A stretch of 64,000 bases of DNA from a virus. The translations under genes and the position numbers were made by a program. Below, piece after piece: positions 35,096-45,693 of the stretch. Where the stretch lies: the IMG/VR virus record IMGVR_UViG_3300030099_006944, positions 1 through 64,000 of that record. One strand, given 5' to 3'. The notes beneath the pieces are model-generated. The model was not told the DNA's origin. It made no database searches and worked only from the letters and a program-made list of their open reading frames with translations. The first letter of the stretch is position 1; every line of letters starts with the position of its first letter.

Positions 35096-36339
35096 GAAAA
35101 AAAATATTTGTAAGAGCACCATGTCTAAGTCAATCCGGATACGGTGAGCAATCTCGGTATGCTTTGAGAGCACTTCGTTCACGTGAAGACTTGTTCGACA
35201 TATACATACAACCTATTCCATGGGGAAAAACTGGTTGGGTCTGGCAAGATAACGAATTCAGAAGATGGATGGATGAAAAGATAACACAAACACAACTTCT
35301 TCTTCAAGAGAAAAAACTACACCCAGATATTAGTTTGCAGATCACTATACCAAATGAATTTGAGAAACTGTGTCCGATCAATATTGGGTACACGGCTGGT
35401 ATAGAAACAACCAAAGTCGCCCCGCAATGGTTACAAAAAGGAAACGATATGGACAAGATATTAGTTGTATCCAATCATTCTAAGGTCACCTACGAGGGTA
35501 CAAAAGCCCAAGCTCAAAATCAACAAACTGGTGAGGTCTTTATGTATGAACTCAAAACACCGATTGAGGTAGTTTGGGAAAACACTCCGAGAGCAGAAGC
35601 CACACACATATCTGGTTTTGAATTGCCATATGATTTCAATTTTCTTATGGTCTCTCAGATGGGAGGTAGAAAGAATTTTGACAATGCTATTAAATGGTGG
35701 GTCGAAGAATTTGTCGATCAAAAAGTTGGATTAGTTATCAAAACAAATATGATAGGTAATTCAATTATGGACTTTGAACATGTTGAGGGTCACCTTCAAA
35801 ATATATTAAAAGAATACCCAGAAAGAAAATGCAAAGTACATTTGCTCCATGGAGATTTAACCGCTGGTCAGATGACCGGTCTTTATACCAATGAAAAAAT
35901 TAAAGCCATCGTGAATATTGCACATGGTGAAGGTTTTGGTCTACCATTGTTTGAAGCAGCCAGAGAAGGTCTACCAGTAATAACAGTAGGTTGGAGCGGC
36001 CAAATGGACTTCCTGAGACATGATGGGAAAAACTACTTCCAGAACGTCAAATACAGCTTGCAGCCTGTACAGGAGTCATCTAGATGGGAAGGTGTGATAG
36101 AGGCGGATTCTCAATGGGCTTTTGCCGATCAGGGTTCTTATAAAATGACTCTACGTAAAACAAAAAAGAACTGGAAAAAAGTCAAAAAGACAGCAGAAGA
36201 TCTCAAGAAAATAATAGAACAAAAGTTCTCAGATGAAGTACTACATGCTTTATTCGTTTCAAATATAATTGACGAACCAGAAACAATTGATTGGATGAAT
36301 TGGCAAGAAGATCAACAGGAAGCGCAAGATTTTGACTAA
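35092..36339 (+). CDS. GT4 glycosyltransferase
   Basis: HGEGFGLPLFEAAREGLPVI. Confidence 0.85.
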   Translation: MRKKIFVRAPCLSQSGYGEQSRYALRALRSREDLFDIYIQPIPWGKTGWVWQDNEFRRWMDEKITQTQLLLQEKKLHPDISLQITIPNEFEKLCPINIGYTAGIETTKVAPQWLQKGNDMDKILVVSNHSKVTYEGTKAQAQNQQTGEVFMYELKTPIEVVWENTPRAEATHISGFELPYDFNFLMVSQMGGRKNFDNAIKWWVEEFVDQKVGLVIKTNMIGNSIMDFEHVEGHLQNILKEYPERKCKVHLLHGDLTAGQMTGLYTNEKIKAIVNIAHGEGFGLPLFEAAREGLPVITVGWSGQMDFLRHDGKNYFQNVKYSLQPVQESSRWEGVIEADSQWAFADQGSYKMTLRKTKKNWKKVKKTAEDLKKIIEQKFSDEVLHALFVSNIIDEPETIDWMNWQEDQQEAQDFD

Positions 36340-37969
36340 ACTAATAGTATTTATAGCAGATTTCTTTTTGGAACAGGGTATCAACGGTGGAGCAGAAGCT
36401 TTTAATGACGAATTAATCAATATGCTAAAACTCAAAGGATATGATGTTCGAAAAATAAACTCAAACAAATTCCAGCCATCGATGGTGTCTGATGACCACT
36501 TTTATATCGTGTCTAATTTTATGAATTTAAGAGAGGAGAGCAAATCAGCACTAGTCTCTAAAAGTTATGTAATCTTGGAACATGATCACAAATACGTTTC
36601 CACAAATGATCCTTCTAAGTTTGTGAACATGATAGCTCCTTTCAAAGAAATAATAAACAAAAGTTTCTTTGAGGGAGCTATTTGTGTTTTTTGCCAAAGC
36701 AAAATACATGCGGAAGTATTACAAAAAAATCTTTTGCTGGATAATATTGTTAATATTGGCTGCAATTTATGGTCAGAAGAGAGACTAGATTTTCTAGAAA
36801 CCTTAGTTGGAACAGAGAAAACTAAAAAAAATGTCATACTTTATTCTGATAATAAAAACAAAGGTATGCCATATGCAGTTCAATATTGTGAGAGCAATGG
36901 TATTGAATATGAGTTTATAATGCCTTGTGAATATCAAGAGTTTATCAAACAACTGGCACAATCTGAGAGAGTGTTCTTTTTTCCTCAGTGGCTTGAATCT
37001 TTTAACCGTGTCATAATAGAGGCTAGAATTCTGGGCTGCAAGGTTACATCCAATAAACTAATCGGAGCAACATCAGAGCCTTGGTTTCGCAACTACAAGG
37101 GGCTGGAACTAGCCCACTTCCTCAGAGAAAAGAGAGAAGAGATTTGTGAAAAATTTATAAATGTAATTGAGTCACGACCTTTGCAATTTATTCCGCCACT
37201 AGTGGTACCTAAGATTTCAATCATTACGTCCTTGTATAAGGGAGGTAAATATATCGAACACTTTATGAATGAAGTTACCAACCAAACCGTATTTAAGAAT
37301 TGCGAATTTATAATACTGGACGCTAACTCACCTGACGGTGAATATGAAATAATAAAAAAATATATAGAAGAGCACGACAATATTATATATGAACGCTTAG
37401 AAACCACTCCAACTGTACAAGAGACTATGAATATGGCCATAAAGAAGTGTACCGGTGAATTTATTACATTATGGAACCTTGACGACACCAGAGCCTATGA
37501 AGGACTGGAAGTGTTGTCTAAAATATTGATGGTCGATCCGTCCATTAGCTTGGTGTATGGTGAATCTCTCCAAACTACAAAAGAAAATGAAACATTGGGT
37601 TTGAACAGTTCAGGTGGTGTCTTATACCAACATTCTAGAATGGAGTTTTCAAAAGAAAACATGATAAAGTGCCTACCGGGCCCAATGCCTCTTTGGAGAA
37701 AGTCTATGACAGATGAGGTTGGTCTGTTTGACGAGACATTAAAATATGCTGGTGACTGGGATATGTGGCTTCGTTGCGTTGAAGCGGGTCATAAATTCAA
37801 GAGAGTTCCATATGTTCTAGGTTTGTACTATATGAACCCAGATGGTCTATCAACATCAACTAAAAATGCCAAAGAAAGATTTATAGAAGAAAAAAGCATA
37901 TTCAACAAATACAAACACGTGTTCGGAGAAAAAATGTACAATCGATTCAAAGGATATTTTAATGGATAA
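36332..37969 (+). CDS. Bifunctional GT-B-like plus GT2 glycosyltransferase
   Basis: ESFNRVIIEARILG (GT-B); KISIITSLY..IILDANSPD..NLDD..DWDMWLR (GT2). Confidence 0.8.
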   Translation: MTKLIVFIADFFLEQGINGGAEAFNDELINMLKLKGYDVRKINSNKFQPSMVSDDHFYIVSNFMNLREESKSALVSKSYVILEHDHKYVSTNDPSKFVNMIAPFKEIINKSFFEGAICVFCQSKIHAEVLQKNLLLDNIVNIGCNLWSEERLDFLETLVGTEKTKKNVILYSDNKNKGMPYAVQYCESNGIEYEFIMPCEYQEFIKQLAQSERVFFFPQWLESFNRVIIEARILGCKVTSNKLIGATSEPWFRNYKGLELAHFLREKREEICEKFINVIESRPLQFIPPLVVPKISIITSLYKGGKYIEHFMNEVTNQTVFKNCEFIILDANSPDGEYEIIKKYIEEHDNIIYERLETTPTVQETMNMAIKKCTGEFITLWNLDDTRAYEGLEVLSKILMVDPSISLVYGESLQTTKENETLGLNSSGGVLYQHSRMEFSKENMIKCLPGPMPLWRKSMTDEVGLFDETLKYAGDWDMWLRCVEAGHKFKRVPYVLGLYYMNPDGLSTSTKNAKERFIEEKSIFNKYKHVFGEKMYNRFKGYFNG

Positions 37970-39002
37970 GAAAAATTTAATTATAGACTCACGACCATAT
38001 GGATTTTTTTCCATATTTTTGCACACAATTGATAATTTAAAGTGGGCTGACGACAATGGCTACGAACCGCATATCCGCTGGGGTCCGGGCAGAGTCGATG
38101 TCAACGACGGCAGACCGGGAGCCAAAGAAGCTTCTAGGAAGGGGCACCCATCTTTTGTAGGGAATAGTCCTAATTTTTTTGAAGATAGTCATGCTGGGGA
38201 AGTAAAGAAGAGTCTTTATTATTCTCCATCGGGCTATAATGGATCCGATAATGTATGGGAATATTACTTTGAACCAGTAGGAACTTCGGAAACCAAAGAA
38301 CATAAGGTATCAGACATATTTCAGGTAGGTTTCCACGATCTTAAATTGGACAGTTTAAATGACAAATTTTTGATTTACAATTTACACAGTTATACACCGC
38401 TGACAACTTGGTTATATTTTAGAACAGACCCAGAAGCCGAATCGACATGTCCAAGTGAAGAAAGTACTTTTTTGAAACATAGAAGAAACGTTAATCAATA
38501 TATTAAAAAATATGTAAAACTCAGATCTAACATCGAGAATAAAGTAAAAGAGTATACTGATAGGTATTTTGACGGACCAGTCATTGGTGTACACGTAAGA
38601 GGGACAGATAAGAAGTCTGAAAGCAAAATTGGTCAACGACCGTTTGTTACTATTGATGACTATTTGAGAGTCTTAGAAGATACTCTGGGTAAGTTTCCGG
38701 ATGCGTCTATCTTTGTTGCTTCGGACAACAATGAGGCTATTGCAAAAATATTTAAAAAATTTGTAAATAATAAAATAATAGTGTATAATTGCACTAGGAT
38801 GAAAAGCTATGACAGCATCATCCCAGTGCACCTCTCATCACAGTCCGGACCAAAAGCAGGTGAAGAGGCTTTGATCGATTGTCTACTATTATCAGAATGC
38901 AATCACATCATTTGTACAGATTCAAACCTATCAGCGGCAGCCTTGTATTTCAATCCTGCCGCAACTTGCACATATATTAACAAACATTTGGAGAAAAAAT
39001 GA
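37962..39002 (+). CDS. NodZ/FUT8-like (GT23) fucosyltransferase
   Basis: IGVHVRGTDK; IFVASDN; EEALIDCLLLSECNHII..SN. Confidence 0.75.
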   Translation: MDKKNLIIDSRPYGFFSIFLHTIDNLKWADDNGYEPHIRWGPGRVDVNDGRPGAKEASRKGHPSFVGNSPNFFEDSHAGEVKKSLYYSPSGYNGSDNVWEYYFEPVGTSETKEHKVSDIFQVGFHDLKLDSLNDKFLIYNLHSYTPLTTWLYFRTDPEAESTCPSEESTFLKHRRNVNQYIKKYVKLRSNIENKVKEYTDRYFDGPVIGVHVRGTDKKSESKIGQRPFVTIDDYLRVLEDTLGKFPDASIFVASDNNEAIAKIFKKFVNNKIIVYNCTRMKSYDSIIPVHLSSQSGPKAGEEALIDCLLLSECNHIICTDSNLSAAALYFNPAATCTYINKHLEKK

Positions 39003-40018
39003 GTAAGAAATTTTTAATCATAGATTCAAGACCATATGGTTTGTATTCTATATTTTTGCATACAGTCGACAATATTAAGTGGGCGCTTGATAACAACTAC
39101 ATCCCAGTAGTACGTTGGGGCCCGGGCAGAAGAGACCCCAATCGAGGCCGTGCCGGTGCAATTGAAGCTACCCGAGCAAAAAATGCGAGTCTAGTTAAGG
39201 ATAAAAACAATTTCTTAACCAACGATACACCTCCATCTAGGAATAACACTCCCGGATTAAAACACTGTCAGTGTTTATACTGGTCTGATTCTGGCTGGAA
39301 TGGGAGTCATAATATATGGGAATACTACTATGAACCACTCAATGAACACACAGTAGAAGAAGCTGAGAGATCTGAACATGATGTATCGGATATCTTTATG
39401 GTAGGTGAATTAGATGACGATCCATCCAATAAATTTCTTATAGCCGACATACATCGATATGAACCGTTGGCTTTGTGGAATTTACTTGGTACCGATGCAG
39501 AAAAGCAGCACCGCCAAAATGTTTATGAGGTTATAGAAAAAAATATAAAAGTAAAACAAACAATCTTAGACAAAGTAAATGATTTTTACGACAAGCATTT
39601 TGATGATGACGTGTTGGCCGTGCACGTAAGAGGAACAGATAAGAAACTTGAATATCCACACAAAGCATTACCACTAGAAGCCTACCTCAGTGCTATTGAA
39701 GAGAGATTGGCCATTAAGGACACCAAGATATTTGTTGCTTCGGATAACAATGAAGCAATTATGGAGATGGTCAAAAGGTTTGGTAAGAAAAGAATGATCG
39801 CAATGCCGGCAGTTAGAATGAATAAATATTTCTCTCCTGATCCAATTTGTCTGACATCAGCAACTGGGCCAAAACACGGAGAGGAATGTTTAATGGAATC
39901 ATTATTGCTAGCAAGATGCAACCACATTATATGTACAGATTCAAATGTAGCTGCTGGTGCACTATATATGAATCCAAACTCAACCGTAACTTATTTAAAT
40001 CGAATATATGGAAAATAA
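38999..40018 (+). CDS. NodZ/FUT8-like fucosyltransferase, tandem paralog
   Basis: LAVHVRGTDK; IFVASDN; EECLMESLLLARCNHII. Confidence 0.75.
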   Translation: MSKKFLIIDSRPYGLYSIFLHTVDNIKWALDNNYIPVVRWGPGRRDPNRGRAGAIEATRAKNASLVKDKNNFLTNDTPPSRNNTPGLKHCQCLYWSDSGWNGSHNIWEYYYEPLNEHTVEEAERSEHDVSDIFMVGELDDDPSNKFLIADIHRYEPLALWNLLGTDAEKQHRQNVYEVIEKNIKVKQTILDKVNDFYDKHFDDDVLAVHVRGTDKKLEYPHKALPLEAYLSAIEERLAIKDTKIFVASDNNEAIMEMVKRFGKKRMIAMPAVRMNKYFSPDPICLTSATGPKHGEECLMESLLLARCNHIICTDSNVAAGALYMNPNSTVTYLNRIYGK

Positions 40019-40778
40019 ATTGACTATCACAAATAAATTAAGAAAAAATATTTTACAAGCATCTTTTAAAGCCCAAGCCGGCCATATCCCCAGTGCTTTC
40101 TCAATATTAGAAATTATATATGTCTTATATAAATACCACTTGACTAATGATGAAGTGTTTGTATTGAGCAAAGGGCATGGTTGTTTGGCTTTGTACGCTG
40201 TGTTTTTAGAAATGGGATTTATAACGGAGGAAGAATTTTATTCTTTTTCAGAATATGACAGTATTCTAGGTGGACATCCCCATCGAGGAAAGCACGAGAA
40301 GATTTATGCATCAACAGGGTCTTTGGGTCACGGTTTGCCTATTTGTGTAGGTTCCGCATTAGCAAAAAAACTAAATGGTTCAAAAGAGAAAGTATATTGT
40401 CTATTGGGCGATGGAGAATGCAACGAAGGATCGGTGTGGGAATCCGTGATGCTAGCTGATAATTTGAGATTAAATAATTTAATTTGTATTGTAGACAACA
40501 ACCGTTCGCAAACAAGGTCTATGCCAACCAGAGATTTAGAACTTAAATTCCAATCATTTGGGTGGATGGTTATATCAGTTGCCGATGGTAATGATTTGGA
40601 CTCTGTCTGTCGTGCTATTGTAGCAGCGAAACAGCAGGTAGCGACACCGGTATGTATTGTTTGTAATACTGTAAAGGGAAAGGGAATTGCGGATATGGAA
40701 AACAATATGTTCGCATGGCACCATGGTCCGCCTAACGAGGAACAGTTTAAAAAGTTTTGTGAGGAATTAGATGCGTAA
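40008..40778 (+). CDS. Transketolase-like N-terminal (TPP-binding) subunit
   Basis: LSKGH; LGGHP; GSLGHG; LGDGECNEG..DNN. Confidence 0.9.
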   Translation: MENKLTITNKLRKNILQASFKAQAGHIPSAFSILEIIYVLYKYHLTNDEVFVLSKGHGCLALYAVFLEMGFITEEEFYSFSEYDSILGGHPHRGKHEKIYASTGSLGHGLPICVGSALAKKLNGSKEKVYCLLGDGECNEGSVWESVMLADNLRLNNLICIVDNNRSQTRSMPTRDLELKFQSFGWMVISVADGNDLDSVCRAIVAAKQQVATPVCIVCNTVKGKGIADMENNMFAWHHGPPNEEQFKKFCEELDA

Positions 40779-41661
40779 AGCTTTTGCAAAAAAAATGATT
40801 GAGATGGCTGAGAAAGATGACAAGCTAGTTGTCTTGATAGGAGACATAAGTCACTATTTGTTAAAAGAATTTGAGGAGAAATTCCCAGATCGTTTTTATA
40901 ATGTGGGCATATGTGAACAATCAATGGTAGGTATGGCAGCAGGGTTAGCTATGGAAGGGTATAGGCCCGTTATACACACGATTGCGCCATTCTGTGTGGA
41001 AAGAGCCTATGAACAAATCAAAGTGGATTTATGCTACCAAAACGTGGACGTAACGATAGTGTCTGTTGGTGGTTCCTTTGACTATGCTCACTTGGGGTGT
41101 ACCCATCATTGTTATTCTGATATCGCAATTTTACGACCTTTGCCCAATATTGAAATATTTTGTCCGGGCAATTCAAAAGAATTTGGAACTTTGTTTGAGG
41201 ACTCATGGTCTAACGGAAAACCGAAGTATTTTAAATTAATTAAGGATGAACACAAAAAAGAACTTGACATCCTTCCTTATGAGTGTTATATTATGAATAG
41301 TGGAAATTTACAAAATCCAATAATCTTCACATCTGGACATTTATTGGATCTAGCCACAGAGGTAATAAACCATACAGTTGTTTATTGTCCAACAATAGAA
41401 CCTATGTCATTAGCTGCAAAGATGAAAATACAGAACTTATTAAGAATACAAAACAAATGTGTAACGCTAGAAGAGAACTCTTCTATTGGATGCCTAGCAG
41501 ATAAAATTTTTGATATAGCTTCTGATGGCAGTTGCCCCATTACTATGAAGAAAGTCGGCATACCTAGAAAATTTTGCACGAGTTACGGAAAAGCTTCCGA
41601 TCACAGAAAGGAAGTTGGAATTACACTCGAAAAACTATTGGAGTCTGTACGTGCACTATAA
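40771..41661 (+). CDS. Transketolase-like C-terminal subunit
   Basis: NVGICEQSMVGMAAGLA; ERAYEQIK; GCTHH. Confidence 0.9.
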   Translation: MRKAFAKKMIEMAEKDDKLVVLIGDISHYLLKEFEEKFPDRFYNVGICEQSMVGMAAGLAMEGYRPVIHTIAPFCVERAYEQIKVDLCYQNVDVTIVSVGGSFDYAHLGCTHHCYSDIAILRPLPNIEIFCPGNSKEFGTLFEDSWSNGKPKYFKLIKDEHKKELDILPYECYIMNSGNLQNPIIFTSGHLLDLATEVINHTVVYCPTIEPMSLAAKMKIQNLLRIQNKCVTLEENSSIGCLADKIFDIASDGSCPITMKKVGIPRKFCTSYGKASDHRKEVGITLEKLLESVRAL

Positions 41662-42709
41662 CTTATCAGTAATAACAGAAGAATGTCGCGAATTGACTAA
41701 AAGAGTTGATTACAAGAAATTTCGAAAGAGAACTATATTGATTACCGGCGCTAATGGTTTAATTGGTGGTTTTCTAGCGGATTTTTTCTGTTATTTAAAT
41801 GATAAACATGATTTGGGTATAAAGATACATTTGACTTCTTACAGTAACTTAACCAACGTTATCAGAATAAGACACCTTCTACACAGAAGTGATCTGGAAT
41901 ATTTTTCATGGGATTGTTCCAATTCTGTTAGCCCATTTGTTCTACCAAAGAAAATTGACTATTGTTTCTTTTGCTCAGGCTACGGACAGCCGTCTAAATT
42001 TTTGAAGAACAATATAAAGACTAGTCTGATAAATGTCGTTGGGGTAGATTCTTTATTGAGTTGGATGTTGCAACATGGCGGCGGTAATTTTCTGTTTCTG
42101 AGTACTAGTGAAATATACGGCAATCCTCCGGAGACCATGATACCCACACCAGAAACATATGGTGGCTTATATGACCTAAGTAACAATAGAGCCGCGTACA
42201 AGGTTTCTAAGTGCCTAGGTGAGGTTATATGTAAAGAATATAATCGCGATGAAACCATGAATGTTAAAATAGCTCGCGTTGCTTTGACCTATGGCCCGGG
42301 AACACTGCTAAATGATAACCGTGTTTTGCAAGAATTTATTTTTAAAGCCCGAAAGGGGATGGTAAGAATGCTGGATGGCGGAGAGTCATTGAGAAATTAT
42401 TTATATTTGACAGACTCGGCTGAGTTGTTGATCAATATATTGTTTGGAAAAGAGATGGTATACAATGTTGGGGGAGATACGGAAGAAATATCTATCCTTA
42501 ATTTAGCCAATATGATATCGAAAAATTTCGGAGCCAAGGTCGTTCCGGGCAAGTCAAAACTGGATTCTGTAAAATCAGCACCGAAAGGCGTTAGTTTAGA
42601 TATGACAAGAGCCCGAAAAGAATTTAAGACTTTCGGACATAATTTGACCGGATTAGATAAGGGAATAAAGCAAGTTATACGATGGTATAATTTCGAGGAT
42701 AAAGAATGA
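41651..42709 (+). CDS. NAD-dependent NDP-sugar epimerase/dehydratase (UDP-GlcA decarboxylase-like SDR)
   Basis: ITGANGLIG; STSEIYG; YKVSK (YxxxK); start uncertain (GTG 41651). Confidence 0.85.
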   Translation: MHYNLSVITEECRELTKRVDYKKFRKRTILITGANGLIGGFLADFFCYLNDKHDLGIKIHLTSYSNLTNVIRIRHLLHRSDLEYFSWDCSNSVSPFVLPKKIDYCFFCSGYGQPSKFLKNNIKTSLINVVGVDSLLSWMLQHGGGNFLFLSTSEIYGNPPETMIPTPETYGGLYDLSNNRAAYKVSKCLGEVICKEYNRDETMNVKIARVALTYGPGTLLNDNRVLQEFIFKARKGMVRMLDGGESLRNYLYLTDSAELLINILFGKEMVYNVGGDTEEISILNLANMISKNFGAKVVPGKSKLDSVKSAPKGVSLDMTRARKEFKTFGHNLTGLDKGIKQVIRWYNFEDKE

Positions 42710-43632
42710 AAAAAACTATCACAATAAAAGACTTTACAGACGCAATCGGAGAAGACCTCACCGAGTTGGTCAAAGAGAAGATAAACGAATGTCAATTTAC
42801 TTATAATGAATTATCTAAAAACGAAAGAGATAGCTTGATACTGTTGATAGTCGATTTTCTTCTAGAAGATATGTTCGTAAAGAAAGCAGGTCCCCACAGG
42901 ATTAATGATTGGATAAAAGGCTGGGGAGAAAACTGCACAGAGTTTTCAGATACAGGAGATTTCAATTCTCTTGTTCCAAAATATTTTGGAAAACACCCTT
43001 ATGTAAGATGGCAAGGTCAATGGTTAAAGCCGGTTGATAATGATTTTGAATACAATATGGTTCGAATATTGCAATATTGGTTGTTTGAAAAATTCTTTGC
43101 CTCATGTGATAATATCTATGAGTTCGGCTGCGGCACTGGTCATAACCTATTTCGTGCACAAGAAGTCAATCCATCAGCCAGTGTTACAGGTTTAGATTGG
43201 GCATCGAGTTCCCAGAATACTTTGGAGCAAATTAATAAGATTTATGGTTTTAATTTTTCCGGTCATAATTTTGATTTTTACAACGTCGACAACGATTTTG
43301 TATTGGGAGATAATTCCGGAGTATACACCTTCGCTGCACTGGAACAGATTGGAAACAAGTATGAAGATTTCGTGCAATATTTGATTCGGAATAACCCGCG
43401 GGTGTGTATACATATCGAACCGATAGCGGAGTGTCTAGACAAGAGTGAATTGTGCGATTACCTCAGTATAAAGTACTTTGAGAAAAGAAAGTATCTAAGT
43501 GGGTTTGCAGATTATTTAACCGGTTTAGCATCGGAAAATAAGATAGAGATTTTATATGAAAAAAGAAGTTTTGTGGGTAGCGTTTTTATTAATGGATATT
43601 CTATAATTGCATGGAGAGTTAAAAATGCCTGA
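42706..43632 (+). CDS. SAM-dependent methyltransferase
   Basis: IYEFGCGTGHN; VTGLDW. Confidence 0.8.
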   Translation: MKKTITIKDFTDAIGEDLTELVKEKINECQFTYNELSKNERDSLILLIVDFLLEDMFVKKAGPHRINDWIKGWGENCTEFSDTGDFNSLVPKYFGKHPYVRWQGQWLKPVDNDFEYNMVRILQYWLFEKFFASCDNIYEFGCGTGHNLFRAQEVNPSASVTGLDWASSSQNTLEQINKIYGFNFSGHNFDFYNVDNDFVLGDNSGVYTFAALEQIGNKYEDFVQYLIRNNPRVCIHIEPIAECLDKSELCDYLSIKYFEKRKYLSGFADYLTGLASENKIEILYEKRSFVGSVFINGYSIIAWRVKNA

Positions 43633-44044
43633 GAAAATTTATTCCAAAGTAAAAGATGGCTTGTTGTTATTGGCAATTAACAGGAGATCCGAAATATGCA
43701 CAGACAGGATTGATCTGTGTCCAGAAGACCAGTTGTTACAAATTTCCACAAAAGCCCTTTCAAAGGATACGACGTTTCGTCCGCATAAACATAATGTTCT
43801 GCGACGCGAGACGTTTACAACAAATGAAGCTTGGATAATCCTCAAAGGATCTGTAGAAGCAAAGTTTTGGGATGTCGATGACAATTTGATACTTAAAACT
43901 GTTTTGGAAGAGGGGGATTGCGCTGTTGTGTTCCACGCCGGTCATGGTTTCAGCGTACTAGAAGAAGGAACAATATTATACGAAGTAAAAAATGGCCCAT
44001 ATTACGGTCAATTAAAAGATAAAACATTCATTGAAGGAGAATAG
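43625..44044 (+). CDS. WbuC-like cupin
   Basis: PHKH..E; GHGF..EVKNGPY. Confidence 0.75.
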   Translation: MPEKIYSKVKDGLLLLAINRRSEICTDRIDLCPEDQLLQISTKALSKDTTFRPHKHNVLRRETFTTNEAWIILKGSVEAKFWDVDDNLILKTVLEEGDCAVVFHAGHGFSVLEEGTILYEVKNGPYYGQLKDKTFIEGE

Positions 44045-44046
44045 TA

Positions 44047-45015
44047 ATGAAGAAAAGAGCATTGATTACCGGTATTGGAGGTCAAGACGGCAGCTACCTA
44101 TCAGAACATCTTCTGGACTTGGGATACGAAGTCCATGGAGTTATTCGTAGGCACTCGGTAGCGGAAAACCAAGACTCGCGGATTAATAAAATTACAGGAG
44201 ATATCAATACATATTACGGTGATCTTTTGGATTACCCATCACTACAGAGAATAGTTTCACATGTAAATCCAGATGAGATTTATAATCTTGCAGCTATGTC
44301 TCATGTTAGAATTAGTTTCGACGTTCCATCGTTCACGATTCAAACAAACGCATTGGGTGTGCTCAACATGTTGGAGGTGTATCGTAACACCTGTCCAAGG
44401 GCCAAATTTTACCAAGCTTCTTCATCAGAAATGTTTGGAAATTCAGTGGATGAAGACGGGTCTCAGAGATTAACAACACCAATGAACCCTGTTAGTCCAT
44501 ATGGATGTGCAAAGGTTATGGGTTACAATCTTGTACGACATTATAGAAACGCCTATAAACTACATGCATGTAACGGAATCTTGTTTAATCACGAGTCTCC
44601 CCGTCGCGGTTCAAACTTTGTTACTAACAAGGTTGTCAAAACAGCAGTAGAGATCAAAAAAGGCTTAAAGAATCAATTGGAACTTGGAAACTTGGACTCA
44701 TCACGTGACTGGGGTCATTCGTATGACTATGTTCGAGCAATGCATATGATCGTGAATCACCACGAACCAGATGAATTTATTGTAGCTACTGGTCGTACCC
44801 ATACTGTTAGAGATCTGTGTCGATACACCTTTAATGCATTGGGTATGAACTATGAAGACTACGTCGTACAGAACCCTAAGTTTATGCGACCGGAAGAATT
44901 AAAATATCTCCGCGGAGATTCTACTAAGGTTAGAGAAGTATTAGGTTGGCAACCAAAGTACACTTTTGAATCCATGATTGATGAAATGATTGCAACTTGG
45001 ATGGAGAGAATTTAA
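44047..45015 (+). CDS. gmd: GDP-mannose 4,6-dehydratase
   Basis: ALITGIGGQDGSYL; YQASSSEMFG; SPYGCAK; FNHESPRRG; GNLDSSRDWGH. Confidence 0.95.
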   Translation: MKKRALITGIGGQDGSYLSEHLLDLGYEVHGVIRRHSVAENQDSRINKITGDINTYYGDLLDYPSLQRIVSHVNPDEIYNLAAMSHVRISFDVPSFTIQTNALGVLNMLEVYRNTCPRAKFYQASSSEMFGNSVDEDGSQRLTTPMNPVSPYGCAKVMGYNLVRHYRNAYKLHACNGILFNHESPRRGSNFVTNKVVKTAVEIKKGLKNQLELGNLDSSRDWGHSYDYVRAMHMIVNHHEPDEFIVATGRTHTVRDLCRYTFNALGMNYEDYVVQNPKFMRPEELKYLRGDSTKVREVLGWQPKYTFESMIDEMIATWMERI

Positions 45016-45230
45016 TGTTTGAAGTTGGTGATCTAGTGAAGTGGTATGAAATGTATGGAGACATACATATCGTAAAAGATTCCGGAATGGGAATCATTAT
45101 TTCTGCAACGGAGATCTCATACTTAGAACATTGTCAAGTTTTATATACAGTCTTCACTGCCAAGGCTGGATCCACGCTCATATTAGAAGAGCATTGTCTA
45201 GAAAAATTAAATGAGGAAACATTATTATGA
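45015..45230 (+). CDS. VGDLV family protein
   Basis: MFEVGDLVKW..MGIII. Confidence 0.65.
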   Translation: MFEVGDLVKWYEMYGDIHIVKDSGMGIIISATEISYLEHCQVLYTVFTAKAGSTLILEEHCLEKLNEETLL

Positions 45231-45430
45231 ACTATAAATTATCAAACCAAGCCGTTGGAGCAATTATGATGGCGCTCCAAAAATCATTAATGGAACAAAC
45301 TGATATAGTACCAGTAATCAAAGGGTTCGATATACAGATCGATGATTCTGGTCAACTACTGGTCGTGAACCCTCCTGTTGTCGAAACCAGTGACACAGAC
45401 AAAGTAGATATTGAAACGAGCGTTCAATAA
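45227..45430 (+). CDS. Small hypothetical protein
   Basis: Operon packing. Confidence 0.6.
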   Translation: MNYKLSNQAVGAIMMALQKSLMEQTDIVPVIKGFDIQIDDSGQLLVVNPPVVETSDTDKVDIETSVQ

Positions 45431-45693
45431 TGCCGAAATATATTTACCAATGTGAAACTTGCTCCGGTCATTTTGAAATCTATCATGGTATGACCGAGAG
45501 TGAAGATTACTGTCCCCAGTGCGAATCAGAACACTTTCATAGAGTGCCGCAAATGCCCTTTATTAAGCGTTCTGAGGAGCCAAAGGGTGGTAAGGTAGGT
45601 GAAGAAACAAAAGCTGCTATCGAGGCAAATAGAGAGCTTCTAAAAGATATGAAAAAAGAAGTTCTGAGGGATTATTATAGAGATGACAATTGA
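45430..45693 (+). CDS. FmdB-family zinc-ribbon protein
   Basis: MPKYIYQCETC..CPQC. Confidence 0.8.
   Translation: MPKYIYQCETCSGHFEIYHGMTESEDYCPQCESEHFHRVPQMPFIKRSEEPKGGKVGEETKAAIEANRELLKDMKKEVLRDYYRDDN

Noticed and set aside
40008-41661. Transketolase as a central-carbon auxiliary metabolic gene
   Set aside because: The split form and NDP-sugar neighbours point to glycan tailoring
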